Below the pieces are notes generated by a model, which searched no databases, was not told the origin of the DNA, and worked only from the letters and a program-made list of their open reading frames with translations. Position numbers and translations under genes: made by a program. From Octopus sinensis (Eukaryota), in assembly GCF_006345805.1 (NCBI RefSeq), contig NC_043013.1, forward strand, positions 5,146,001-5,210,000: DNA of 64,000 nt, given 5' to 3'. This document shows positions 12,401-24,085 of this stretch, piece after piece (within the stretch, counting starts at the first letter, position 1; each line of letters starts with the position of its first letter).

Positions 12401-15400
12401 TTTCCTCAAGTAAGTAATCCTGTTGTTGTTGTTATTATTATTGAAGGCAGCGAGCTGGCAGAATCATTAGCACGCCGGGCGAAATGCCTAGCGGTATTTC
12501 GTCTGTCTTTACGTTCTGAGTTCAAATTCCGCCGAGGTCGACTTTGCCTTTCATCCTTTCAGGGTCGATTAAATAAATACCAGTTACACACTGGGGTCGA
12601 TGTAATCAGCTTAATCCGTGTGTCTGTCCTCTCTGTGTTTAGCCTTTTGTGGGTAGTAAAGAAATAGGTATTTCATCTGCCGTTACATTTTAAGTTCAAA
12701 TTCCGCCAAGGTCGACTTTGCCTTTCATCCTTTCAGGGTCGATTTAATAAGTACCAGTTACGCACTGGGGTCGATGTAATCGACTTAATCCGTCGTTCTG
12801 TCCTTGTTTGTCCTTTCTGTGTTTAGCCCTTTGTGGGTAGTAAAGAAATAGGTATTCCATCTGCCATTACATTTTGAGTTCAAGTTCTGCCAAGGTCGAC
12901 TTTGCCTTCATCCTTTTGGAGTCGATAAATTAAGTACCAGTTGCATACTGGGGTTGATCTAATCGACTGGCCCCCTCCCCCAAAATTTCAGGCCTTGTGC
13001 ATATAGTAGAAAGGATTATTGTTATTATTCGTAAGGTGGCAAGCTAGTAGAAACGTTAGCACACTTAGCAGTATTTCGTCTGTCTTTACATTCTGAGTTC
13101 AAATACCGCCAAGGTTGACTTTGCCTTTCATCCTTTCAGGGTTAAGTAAGTACCAGTTGCGCACTGGGATTGATGTATTCGACTTAATCCCTCCCCCCCA
13201 CCCAAAAAAAATTTCAAGCCGTGTGCCTACAGTAAAAAGATTTATTATTGGTGGTAAGCTGGTTGAATCATTACCCCAGCAGGCAAAATGCTTAGCAGCA
13301 TTTCGTCCATTATACATTCTGAGTTCAAATTCGGCCAAGGTCAACTTTGCATTTCATCCTCTCAGGGTCAATAAAATAAGTATCAGTTGAACATTGGGGT
13401 TGATATAATTGACGCATCCCCTCCCTGAAATTGCTGGCCTTGTGCCAAAATTTGAAACCATTATTATTATTATTATTATTATTATTATAAGAAGGAGGAG
13501 GAGGAGGGGGCAAGCTGGCAGAATCGTTAGCACACCAGACAAGGTGCTTAGTGGCATTTCATCCATCTTTATATTCTGATTTCAAATTCCACCGAGGTCA
13601 GCTTTGCCTTTCATCCTTTTGGGGTGGATAAATTGAGTATCGGTCATGTACTGGGGACGATGTGATCCAAACTCCACTGAAACTTGCTGGCCTTGTGCCA
13701 AAATAAAAAAATTTTATTTATTTATTTTTGTTTGTTTAGCAGTTTCACGTTTACATTTTGTTACATTTGCAGGCTTTTACCTTATCTTGTACCTCATTAC
13801 TTGCAAAGCAGGGTCAGTACTAACTAGCTTTATCTTCTTGTGTACTTCATTAATTTAATAATAATAACGAAATTATTGTATACAGTGCTCAGGTGCACCA
13901 CAACTTGTCAGAAAGTACGTATAAAGTACATGCAGTAATGTACAAATGTCTGGAAAGCGAACAATGTATGAGTCAGATACATGCTTGTGTGTGTATGGAG
14001 GGGAGAAAATCAGGTGTAGTGTTGGCGAATCTCAGAAAGCATGGAAGTTTTGAAGGATGCAGTGCTCCGACAACTAACAACCGATGCCGGCAGTTTGTTC
14101 CATGCTTCAGCAACTCTCAGCGTGAAAAAATGTTTCCTAAAGTCATGGGAGCTGAGCTGTTTTCTGACTTTGTAAACATGTCCACGGGTGTTAGACGGGT
14201 GGAGTCTGCTTTAGAAAGCAGAAAAAGTTATAATTAACTTCAACTACAGGGTACAGCAAATAAAACCTCCAAAAATTAACTGTTCTTGACCAACACTTCA
14301 ACAGCAAATATACATCGTGCCCCTGTTCTATTTATGATGCTAGCTACAAAAGGAGAGAATGGTAAAACATTAGCTCTATGAAGACTTCACTACCACCTGT
14401 CTATCTTCCATAGGGACTCATCAATGGCTGTGTAAAATATTGGAGATAATTCAGCCACATCCTATGAAAATAGCAGGAGAGGTACTTGCTAGATTATCTC
14501 CTCTTGTCCTTCATCAAATAGGAAATATGGAGGGTATTTTATCCTTCAAGGTGGCGAGCTGGCAGAAACGTTAGCACGCCGGGTGAAATGCTTAGCGGTA
14601 TTTCGTCTGCCGTTGTGTTCTGAGTTCAAATTCCGCCAAGGTCGACTTCGCCTTTCATCCTTTCAGGTTCGATTAAATAAGTACCAGTTACACACTGGGG
14701 TCGATGTAATCGACTTAATACCTATGTCTGTCCTTGTTTGTCCCCTCTATGTTTAGCCCCTTGTGGGCAATAAAGAAGTAGGTATTTTATCCTTCAGATA
14801 GGTAAATTCTGTCACCTACGAACTTTATTTTGATGGTTGTTACACGATTTGAACTTACGACTGGTGGTTAATAGTGCAGCACCAAGGACTGGGATACACG
14901 TTTTTTAATGTCTCCAGAAATTCATCATCATTATCAAATTTGCTTCCCAACATGGTTCTGGGTTCAATCCCACTGCGTGGCACCTTGGGCAAGTGTCTTT
15001 TACTATAACTTCGAGCCGACTAAAGCCTTGTGAGTGGATTTGGTAGATGGAAACTGAAAGAAGCCCATTGCATATATATATATATATATATATATGTATA
15101 CATATATATATGCTGTTTTTGTCTGTTTGTCGTCCCCCCCCCACTATCGCTTGACAACCAATGTTTGTGTGTTTACATCCCTGTAACGTAGCAGTTCAGC
15201 AAAAAGATACCAATAGAATAAGTACCAGGCTTAAAAAGAATAAGTCCTGGGGTCAATTTGTTCACCTAAAGGTGGTGCTCCTGCATGGCTGCTGTCAACT
15301 GACTGAAACAAGTAAAAGAATTATCATCCGTTTTCCTTGCTGGTATTTGGTGGATGGTTTGCCATGATCCAACGAGCCTGAGGACCACCTCAAGCTTCAA

Positions 15401-18400
15401 TGTCAGCTATGACGTGGTTTCTATAGCTGGATTCCCTTCCTAATACCAACCACTTTACAGTGTGCCCCTGGGTACCTTTTTTTCCTGGCACCCACACTAG
15501 TGAGGTTGCCAAGTACCTCACAAGACAAGAAATTACCCTCTTCACTGTGTAGGAGCGGCTAATTGGCGTCCGTGCCAGTAGCACGTAAAAAGCACCATTC
15601 GAGCGTGATCGTTACCAGCGTCACCTTACTGGCACTTGTGCAGGTGGCACGTAAAAAAATACACTATTTGGGCGTGGCCATTGCCAGTACCGCCTTACTG
15701 GCCCTCATGTCGGTGGCACGTAAAAGCACCCACTACACTCATGGAATGGTTGGCGTTAGGAAGGGCATCCAGCTGTAGAAATTCTGCCAGATCAAGATTG
15801 GAGCCTGGTGCAGCCATCTGGTTTACTAGCCCTCAGTCAAATCGTCGACCCCATGCTAGCATGGAAAGCAGACGTTAAATGATGATGATACATTTGACAG
15901 GATAATCTGAACACTAAAGGAGGAAATACGTCTTTGATGTCATAGCAATTTATAAACTTTCAAAGGAACAGGAAATAGCTCTCTTTTTGGAACAGTGGAT
16001 CTCAAAGCATGCATAAAGCTATAAATAATATGTAAATATTTGGATGGAAAACCATTTTGGATAGAAAAAGATGTGGGTTTCTGCCCAAAACCATTTTTCA
16101 ATTCAACATTTCCATGCTATTATTTACATTCTTTGTGTGCTTCGAGATTCACTGTTCCTAAAAAGAAATATGTATGTTTTCTCTTACATTGTCTTAAAAT
16201 TTCATTCAAAAGAGATCTTTTTTCTCTGCAGGGGGCCTCCATTGGAACAGCAGCGTACATTATAATGTCCGTGATTCTGGTGTTTTTCCTGAGTCTCTAC
16301 TACTGCATAGCTTACCATTATTTTTAGTAAGTATTTCTCAACCTTTTTTTTTTGTTTTGTTTTGTTTTTTTGCATGCATGGTTGTGTGGTAAGAAGCCAG
16401 CTTTCTTCCCAACCACATAGTTCCCGGTTCGGTCCCACTGCATGGCACCTTAGGCAAATGTCTTCTTCTATAACTTTGGGCTGACCAAAGCCTTGTGAGT
16501 AGATTTGGTAGAAGGGAACTGAAAGAAGCCCACCATGTGTGTATGCATCTGTGTGTGTGTGTGTCTGTGTGTTTGTGTGTGTATATGTAAGTACATGGAA
16601 GCTGATACATAAATATTGGTGACCTGCAAGGACACAGTATTTCGTTGTGCAACTGTAATATACAACAAAGTATATTAAATGCTTTTATTAAGTCGATACT
16701 GTGTTCTACTGTGTTAGCAGTGCTATTAAATCACTTGTTAAGGTCATCTCTACAAATTTTCTATAGAAATTATAGCCACCACTGATTTTGTTAGGATGTT
16801 TCGTATCCAAGACGCCTGATATAAATGTGATAAAAGAAAAACGGGTAATGGGTATATGTGTCATGTTTCAGGAGTTTTTTGCTCTTTCGTCAGCACCCAT
16901 CCAACCCATTAACTGTCCACAAACACATTGCTTAAATAGCCACAAAACATAGAAGCATAATGTATATTTTCCACTTAAAGGTGGCTAACTCCTAAGGGTG
17001 GATGCTACTGTAGCTTGTAGCCCCAGGAGGACACCTCCTCCAGCTGGCTATAGACACACTTTCTGTGCCCTGTCAGTATTTGCAAAGGGAAGCCATCCTT
17101 CCCCTCTTCAACCTGTATGATACACATGGACTCGAGTTTCTGGGTATTGACCCGTCATCAGCATGTGACAATTACTGGTTGCCGACGAAAAATAGGTTCC
17201 CGTTGCAAATATATATCCTTTTGTCTGCCTTTACGTTCTGAGTTCAAATTCCACTGAGGTCAACTCTATCTTTCATCCTTTCAGAGTCAATAAATTAAGT
17301 ACCAGTTGCATACTGGGTCAAAATAATCAACTGCCAAATTTTCGGCCTTGTGTCTAGAGTAGAAAAGATGTGTATTTCCTGAAACAACTGACAGCATGCT
17401 TAATGCTATTCATTTTTTTATTTGTTTGTCATTTGACTGCAGCCATGCTGGAGCACCGCCTTTAATCGAAGAATTCAAACCCAGGTCTTATTCTTTGCAA
17501 ACCTAGTACTTATTCTATCGGTCTCTTTTGCCAAACCGCTAGGTTACGGAGTCGCAAACACACCAACATCGGTTGCCAGGCGATGTTGGGGGACTAACAC
17601 AGACACACAAACATACACACACATATATATATGACGGGCTTCTTTCAGTTTCCATCCACCAAATCCACTTAAAAGGCTTTGGTCAGCCCGAGACTATAGT
17701 AGAAGACACTTGCCCAAGGTGCCATGCAGGTGGACTGAACCAGGAAACATGTGGTTGGTAAGCAAGCTTCTTTACCACACAGCCACACCTGTACCTATTC
17801 TATATTTCTGAGATGAGTAATTATGTACATTATTTACAATGGACGGATAGGTATCCTCACCTGGTTTGTTATCACAACATTTTGGCTGATGTACTCCCCA
17901 GCCTTCATCAGGTGTTCTGGTGGGATTTCAAACCCAACCCTTTTATTTGACCAATGGGGTACACTGTTCTCATTCCATAATATGAAGAGAAAAATAACAT
18001 CAGCAACATTACCTTAGGAATTAGAATAGAGTACCTCATTAGTTTGAAATTCCACCAGAACACCTGATGACGGGTGGAGAGTACACCAGCTGAAATGTTG
18101 TGGTAACAACAAACAAGATGAGGACACCTCTCCAGCCTTTGTAAATGATAGCATGTGTGTGTGTGTGTGTGTGTAGCAACAACCTTTTCCTACTCCCACT
18201 TTCTCGACTAACACAGACACACAAACATACACACACACATATATATATATACATCGTGATGTCGTGCAGCTATTGTTTACACTTCGCTCAGTGATTTATT
18301 ATAGAGGTGTCGCATAACCATCGGTTAACGTCCGTTTTCCGTGCTCCAATTTTATAAAGTTTATTGTGAAGGCCTGTGAACTTGTAGCTAGAACATTGCC

Positions 18401-21400
18401 ATCACAATCGCAGGTTTATGGTTTCAATTACCAGACCGGTAGTGCATTGTATTCTTGAGTGAAACTCTTTATTTCGTAGTGGTTGGGTTGACTCAGCGAT
18501 AAATTGACAACCTTGCGATGAATAAGCGGCATGGTCGTTTGAGGCGGCGAGCTGGCAGAAATGTTAGCGTGCCGGGCGAAATGCTTAGCGGTATTTCGTC
18601 TGCTGCTACGTTCTGAGTTCAAATTCCGCCGAGGTCGACTTTGCCTTTCATCCTTTCGGGGTCGATTAAATAAGTACCAGTTACGCACTGGGGTCGATAT
18701 AATCGACTTAATCCGTTTGTCTCCTCTGTGTTTAGCCCCTTGTGGGCAGTAAAGAAATAGGTCGTTTGAAAGCTACAACACTATGAGGAAGTACAGCATG
18801 ACTAGTGATGTGTAACATCTGATAGTGCAGTTGATGCAGTAATACGATGATATGGTTTCTTATTACATTGGATATGTTGTATAGTTTGTCATACAACAGG
18901 TGCAGGAGTGGCCGTGTGGTAAGTAGCTTGCTTACCAACCGCATGGTTCCGGGTTCAGTCCCACTGCGTGACATCTTGGGCAAGTGTCTTCTACTATAGC
19001 CTCGGGCCGACCAAAGCCTTGTGAGTGGATTTGGCAGACGGAAACTGAAAGAAGCCCGTCGTATATATGTATGCATATGTGTGTGTGTGCCCCCCCCCCC
19101 AACATCGCTTGACAACTGATGGTGGTGTGTTTACGTCCCCGTAACTTAGCGGTTCGGCAAAAAGGACCAATAGAATAAGTACTAGGCTTACAAAGAATAA
19201 GTCCTGGGGTCGATTTGCTCGACTAAATGCAGTGCTCCAGCATGGCCACAGTCAAATGACTGAAACAAGTAAAAGAGTATTAGGTTGGGTGTAATGTTTT
19301 GCTAACATTCAGTGTTGATCCTATTAGGCTTGGAAGCAACGTCAGTTAAATATAATTCTGAGTAAGAATACGATTTGGTCGGCTGATTAATCACTTATGA
19401 TCTGGAATTAGCACTACACTTCCAGAAACTTTTAATTAATGGTTTCTGAGTGAATTTTGTAGATGGAATCGATGTAGAAGCCGATTGTGGGTATGTGTGT
19501 TTTTAGATATATTTAAATATAAAAAGGCGCAGGAGTGGCTGTGTGGTGAGTAGCTTGCTCACCAACCACATGGTTCCGGGTTCAGTCCCACTGTGTGGCA
19601 CCTTGGACAAATGTCTTCTACTATAGCCTCGGGCCGACCAAAGCCTTGTGAGTGGATTTGGTAGATGGAAACTGAAAGAAGCCCGTCATATGTGTGTTTA
19701 TGTGTTTGTGTTTTCCCCTCAACATCACTTGACAACCGATGCTGGTGTGTTTACGTCCCCGTAACATAGCGGTTCGGCAAAAGAGACAAATAGAATAAGT
19801 ACTAGGCTTACAAAGAATAAGTCCTGGGGTCAATTTGCTCGACTAAAGGCAGTGCTGCAGCATGGCTGCAGTCAAATGACTGAAACAAGTAAAAGAGTAA
19901 ATATATTTTAAAGAAGATTGTTGTGTAAGTCCAGGAACAATGCAAGAAGGTACAAAGGAATCTACCAAAAGAGAAGAAAATAGAACAAGGTTGCAGTTTT
20001 ACCTTGTGTTTCTATCTTTCAGGATGAAGACCCCTTCTTCAGGACATTCAGGAAAGTGGGAGTAGGAAAAGGTTGTTGCTACACACACACACACATGCTA
20101 TCATTTGCAATGGCTGGAGAGGTGTCCTCATCTTGTTTGTTGTTACCACAACATTTCAGCTGGTGTACTCTCCACCCTTCATCAGGTGTTCTGGTGGAAT
20201 TTCAAACTAATGGGGTACTCTGTTCTCATTCCTAAGGTAATGTTGCTGATGTTATTTTTCTCTTCATATTATGGAATGAGAACAGTGTACCCCATTAGTC
20301 AAATAAAAGGGTTGGGTTTGAAATCCCACCAGAACACCTGATGAAGGCTGGGGAGTACATCAGCCAAAATGTTGTGATAACAAACCAGGTGAGGATACCT
20401 ATCCGTCCATTGTAAATAATGTACATAATTACTCATCTCAGAAATATAGAATAGGTACAGGTGTGGCTGTGTGGTAAAGAAGCTTGCTTACCAACCACAT
20501 GGTTCCGGGTTCAGTCCACCTGCATGGCACCTTGGGCAAGTGTCTTCTACTATAGTCTCGGGCTGACCAAAGCCTTTTAAGTGGATTTGGTGGATGGAAA
20601 CTGAAAGAAGCCCATCATATATATATGTATATATATATATATATATATGTTTGTGTGTCTGTGTTAGTCCCCCAACATCGCCTGGCAACCGATGTTGGTG
20701 TGTTTGCGACTCCGTAACCTAGCGGTTTGGCAAAAGAGACCGATAGAATAAGTACTAGGTTTGCAAAGAATAAGACCTGGGTTTGAATTCTTCGATTAAA
20801 GGCGGTGCTCCAGCATGGCTGCAGTCAAATGACTGAAACAAATAAAAAAAAGAATAGCATTAAGCATGCTGTCAGTTGTTTCAGGAAATACACATCTTTT
20901 CTACTCTAGACACAAGGCCGAAAATTTGGCAGTTGATTATTTTGACCCAGTATGCAACTGGTACTTAATTTATTGACCCTGAACGGATGAAAGATAGAGT
21001 TGACCTCAGTGGAATTTGAACTCAGAACGTAAAGACAGACAAAATACCTCTAAGCATTTCACCAAGCATGCTAACGTTTCTTATTTCTTTATTGTCCACA
21101 AGGGGCTAAACATAGAGGGGACAAACAAAAGGATTAATCGATTACCTCGACCCCAGTGTGTAACTGGTACTTTATTTATCGACCCCAAAAGGATGAAAGG
21201 CAAAGTCGACTTCGGCGAACTCAGAGCGTAAAGACAGACAAAATACTGCAAAGCATTTCGCCCAGCATCTTAACCATTCTGCCAGCTTGTCACCTGTTAG
21301 CATGCTAACGGTTCTGCCAGCTTGCCGCCTTAAAAAATACACACCTACTATGTCAGTATTTATGAATGTACAACTACTGTAGGTAGACCAGCCAGACCCA

Positions 21401-22140
21401 GTGAACCACACCACAGAGTCTGTGACTCCTCACCAAGCAGAGTCCTACCACTATCAAGTGACTGTAAAAATCTACTTAATTCTGCAGGCAATCCACTTGT
21501 GTGTGTTTGTACGAGCAAGTGTAAGGCGTAGGAGTGGCTGTGGGGTAAGTAGCTTGCTTACTAACCACATGATTCTGGGTTCAGTCCCACTGTGTGCCAC
21601 CTTGGGCAAGTGTCAAATGACTGAAACATGTAAAAGAATATATACACAAGGAGGTGTTGAAATGTCCATGGCTTTAAGAGTATTGCGAAAGGCCTGGTTG
21701 GAGACCCCAGACTTCCGAGTTCTTTTGCAGGGCTTAGAAAAACTGAAGGGCTGCTGCCAATAAGTGTGTGAATCTGAGAGGAGAAGTAAATTCCCAATAC
21801 TTGCTCAATCTACCAATCTCCTTCTGCAGTCTCATGAGACCTCCACTCACACTCTCTTCATCTTCGCCCACTCACTCTCACCTGAAGCAGCCATGTTTCC
21901 CTTTTAATGCAAGACTCCTTTTTCTGTCCCTCAATTCTACTCCCCACCACCTCAGATTAGGGATTTTGTCTCACAAGTTACTTGGTCACCTCACTGGTGC
22001 TGGTGCCACATAAAATACACCCAATTACACTCTCTAAAGAGGTGGGCATTTGGAAAGGCATTCAACCATGGAAACTACACTAAATCAGATAGTAGGGATT
22101 GGTTCAATATTTTGACTAGGCAGTTACTGAGGAAATGATG

Positions 22141-22172
<32 letters not shown>

Positions 22173-22712
22173 ATGTGTGTGTGTGACTGTGTCCGTGTCT
22201 CTTTGTCTTGACACTCTGTGATGTAAATGAAAGTCACTGTCACACAAGCAGTGTTGTGCATTTCCAATATTCTGCAAAAACATGTCTGGCCAAGGGGAAG
22301 ATATTACCTTGCTTGGAAACAAGCAAGGGTCGGTGACAGGAAGGACATCCATCCATAGAAAATCTGCCTTAATAAACTCTATCCAACCCATGAAAGCATG
22401 GAAAAGTGAGCATTAAAAACGGTGATGTTCTTGAATGTAATTTCTTGGATTGTTTTTTTTTTACTTTATTTAATTAACCTCTCTTATTTCAAAAAACTTT
22501 TGGGGTTTTTTTTGTCTGTTCTTTCTGTCTCTCTTTAATCTTAACTAAATATTTTCTTCTTCTTCTTCCATTACATCAGCACTGACTCCTTTATCGACTA
22601 CCAACCAATGGAATTTTCTAAAGGTGAACACGTTTACAACAACCCAACAACTTCCAATGTAAACATTCGCTACCGGCCGGCAACAAGGACTTTACAACAT
22701 CCTCTTGTATGA
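3385..22712 (+). CDS. Multi-exon gene: predicted secretory-pathway protein with N-terminal hydrophobic segment, one C2H2 zinc finger, Cys-rich region and C-terminal TM helix (5' partial)
   Basis: Exons 3385-3468, 5463-5672, 8454-8591, 10958-11018, 12342-12409, 16232-16326, 22580-22712 splice in frame (phases 0,0,0,1,0,2) into VIFLVNIYSVKTACLRDRAR...WHCSFCGKEFYGENYLDKHFDNRH...CLADYCDVFRCE...AAYIIMSVILVFFLSLYYCIAYHYFY...LQHPLV*. There is no in-frame ATG upstream of 3385 (in-frame TAA at 3343). Confidence 0.88.
3818..4022. mobile_element. Mariner-type MITE
   Basis: ttgggttggtgca...tgcaccaacctaa termini, TA flanks, internal palindromy. Confidence 0.8.
4045..4610 (+). mobile_element. Internally deleted mariner element
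   Basis: TIRs ttgggttgtccagaaagtt / aactttccggacaacccaa, TA flanks, transposase C-terminus (YSPDIAP, frameshifted). Confidence 0.92.
5463..5672 (+). CDS. Gene A exon containing the C2H2 finger; GC donor
   Basis: Polypyrimidine tract + cag|AGA; 210 nt; ends ACG|gcaagt. Confidence 0.88.
5740..6075 (+). mobile_element. CR1-clade LINE 3' fragment
   Basis: TRGHAYKV...FFTLRVAEAWNKLPASVV; (att)n tail. Confidence 0.85.
8454..8591 (+). CDS. Gene A exon (GNDSVCLADYC...QQKCM)
   Basis: cag|GGG ... ATG|gtaagt, 138 nt. Confidence 0.88.
8750..9880. repeat. 27-bp minisatellite (about 20 units) split by the hAT element
   Basis: Unit ctcccttattcctctattccgatcaat; about 6 diverged units at 8750-8902 and about 14 at 9503-9880. 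Confidence 0.92.
8903..9502 (+). mobile_element. Internally deleted hAT (Charlie/Buster-like) element
   Basis: Termini cagtgtttccc / gggaaacactg; transposase C-terminus FSSSYLVECGFSA...RGDLRLRLTKL..HQ.QGSH. Confidence 0.85.
10303..10660. mobile_element. piggyBac-type MITE composite
   Basis: TTAA|cccttt ... aaaggg|TTAA. Confidence 0.75.
10958..11018 (+). CDS. Gene A exon (EVIKECIPSTASTNSSRHIQ)
   Basis: ccag|GAA ... CAAG|gtaaat, 61 nt, phase 1 matches next exon. Confidence 0.8.
11231..11876 (+). mobile_element. Internally deleted mariner element (second copy)
   Basis: Same TIRs and TA flanks; ORF 11501-11788 GWDVLPNPPYSPDIAPSDFHLFRSL... Confidence 0.93.
12342..12409 (+). CDS. Gene A exon (DVFSNEVCSFLDCRRYWEAPFPQ)
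   Basis: cag|AT ... CAA|gtaagt, 68 nt. Confidence 0.85.
12445..13712 (+). mobile_element. Cluster of about 7 co-oriented SINE family B copies (Meta-domain-like core)
   Basis: Repeated gaggtcgactttgcctttcatcctttcggggtcgat..aagtaccagtt. Confidence 0.85.
13850..14260 (-). mobile_element. CR1-clade LINE 3' fragment, related subfamily
   Basis: Reverse complement contains catgactttaggaaacattttttcacgctgagagttgctgaagcatggaac. Confidence 0.8.
14550..14780 (+). mobile_element. SINE family B with 16-bp TSD
   Basis: ggtattttatccttca at 14533-14548 and 14781-14796. Confidence 0.9.
15335..15890 (+). mobile_element. RTE 3' UTR fragments
   Basis: gttggcgttaggaagggcatccagctgtagaa ... gacgttaaatgatgatgat. 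Confidence 0.8.
16232..16326 (+). CDS. Gene A exon encoding TM helix
   Basis: ctgcag|GGG ... TTTTA|gtaagt, 95 nt, hydrophobic AAYIIMSVILVFFLSLYYCIAY. Confidence 0.85.
17123..17167 (-). ncRNA. Compact minimal type I hammerhead ribozyme motif
   Basis: CACAUG CUGAUGA CGGGU-CAAU-ACCCA GAAA C-UCGA-G UC CAUGUG: perfect 6-bp stem I, intact core, palindromic loop III, GUC site; the 10.1/11.1 pair is C.A. Confidence 0.8.
18543..18759 (+). mobile_element. SINE family B with 10-bp TSD
   Basis: ggtcgtttga at 18533-18542 and 18760-18769. Confidence 0.9.
18899..19277 (+). mobile_element. SINE family A
   Basis: Full-length match to 2527-2944. Confidence 0.85.
19525..19899 (+). mobile_element. SINE family A
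   Basis: Full-length match. Confidence 0.85.
22580..22712 (+). CDS. Gene A terminal coding exon
   Basis: cag|C completes TAC; open frame TDSFIDYQPMEF...LQHPLV to TGA at 22710-22712. Confidence 0.75.
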
Positions 22713-24085
22713 AGAATACAAACTTAACAGACACACACACACACACACACACATTTTTTAAAAAGAAAAACAAAGAAATTGTTTTTGTTTTTTTTATCTA
22801 ACACAAATACATAATTATTTTCACAGTAGAGAGACTGACTTCACCAAAGATTGCCAAAGTTTTGTTTTTTATACGTGTGAGTGATGCATACAAACATATA
22901 TATATATATAGTTTCATCATTATCATTTTTCATCTCTGAGTTGGATGGGTCTCTATGGAACCACCAAGCTCTTGCCAGCATGGAAAAACAGATTTAAAAT
23001 GATAATGTTCAATATATATATATATAATATATATATATATATCCACATATATATATCTCATTACTTTTATGCCCATGTCAGCATGTAAGGAGGATGTAAA
23101 AATGATGATGATCTATATATCGTTCATCCTTGTATTGTTCAGAGTTTCTGTCCTCCTTGGTGGATCAAGGACCATGTCTCATTTATACATTCCATTCTTG
23201 GGTTGCTTCTTTACCACGGATGCCCTGCTTATTACCAAACACTTTACAGAATGTACTGGGTGCATTTAGTCATGGCACCCACACTTGAGCTGTTACTTTT
23301 ACCCCCAGGACAGCCTAAAGAGTCCTCTGTACTCCGTATTATTTCTGTTCATTTACCAAATGCTTCACAAAGTGTATTGGGTGCATTTTAATCTGATTCC
23401 AGCACCAGAGAGATTGTGTTGTCTGCAGCTAGACTAAGGAGTTCTCTGTATTGTATATTGTCTCCATTTGTTTGTTTGCCTGCATCTGGGGGTTGTCTTG
23501 TCCCTGGCAGATAGAATACAAAGAGTGTGATGAACTGGTGATAGGAGAGAGAGAGTGAAGGAAAGGAAAGGAAAAGAGTCATAGAAGAGAGGATGTGATA
23601 GGCAGCTACATAACAGTTGTTGGTAAGGAGATTGGATAGAAACAGAAAAAGTGGTGTGAAGTGAGAGGGAAGCTGGGTGATATGTATGTATTTTAGTGTC
23701 AGGGTATTGGTAATCACAGTAGGAAGTAACAGCTCAACCAAAAATCAAAGCTGTATCATAGACTTCCTTGGTTCACTAAGAATCAGAACGTCTTTCTCCA
23801 GTTCTTTTTCACACCTAAACCGATGGCTGATTTGCTGAGATACCAGGCTAAGTACATTGCAGCAGCATTTCCCAGGAACCCTAGGCTTCCTTTAGGTGTT
23901 TAAGACTTCCTCAAAAAATACCGATAAATAGGTTAGTCTTATGCAAATGTATTCTTGAGCTAATTTTGTGTTTAATTCAATGTTTGTAATTTTATTCTAC
24001 TCTCACAGCATACCTTCTAAGGTAGGGGAAAATCTTGATATCTGTAGATGGTAAAGTAACCCTATGGGCAAAAGCAACCATTTAA

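Larger units (their letters stand above)
17221..21042. repeat. About 1-kb inverted duplication (17221-18210 vs 20052-21042)
   Basis: The reverse complement matches across SINE, unique and microsatellite parts with few substitutions. Confidence 0.93.
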
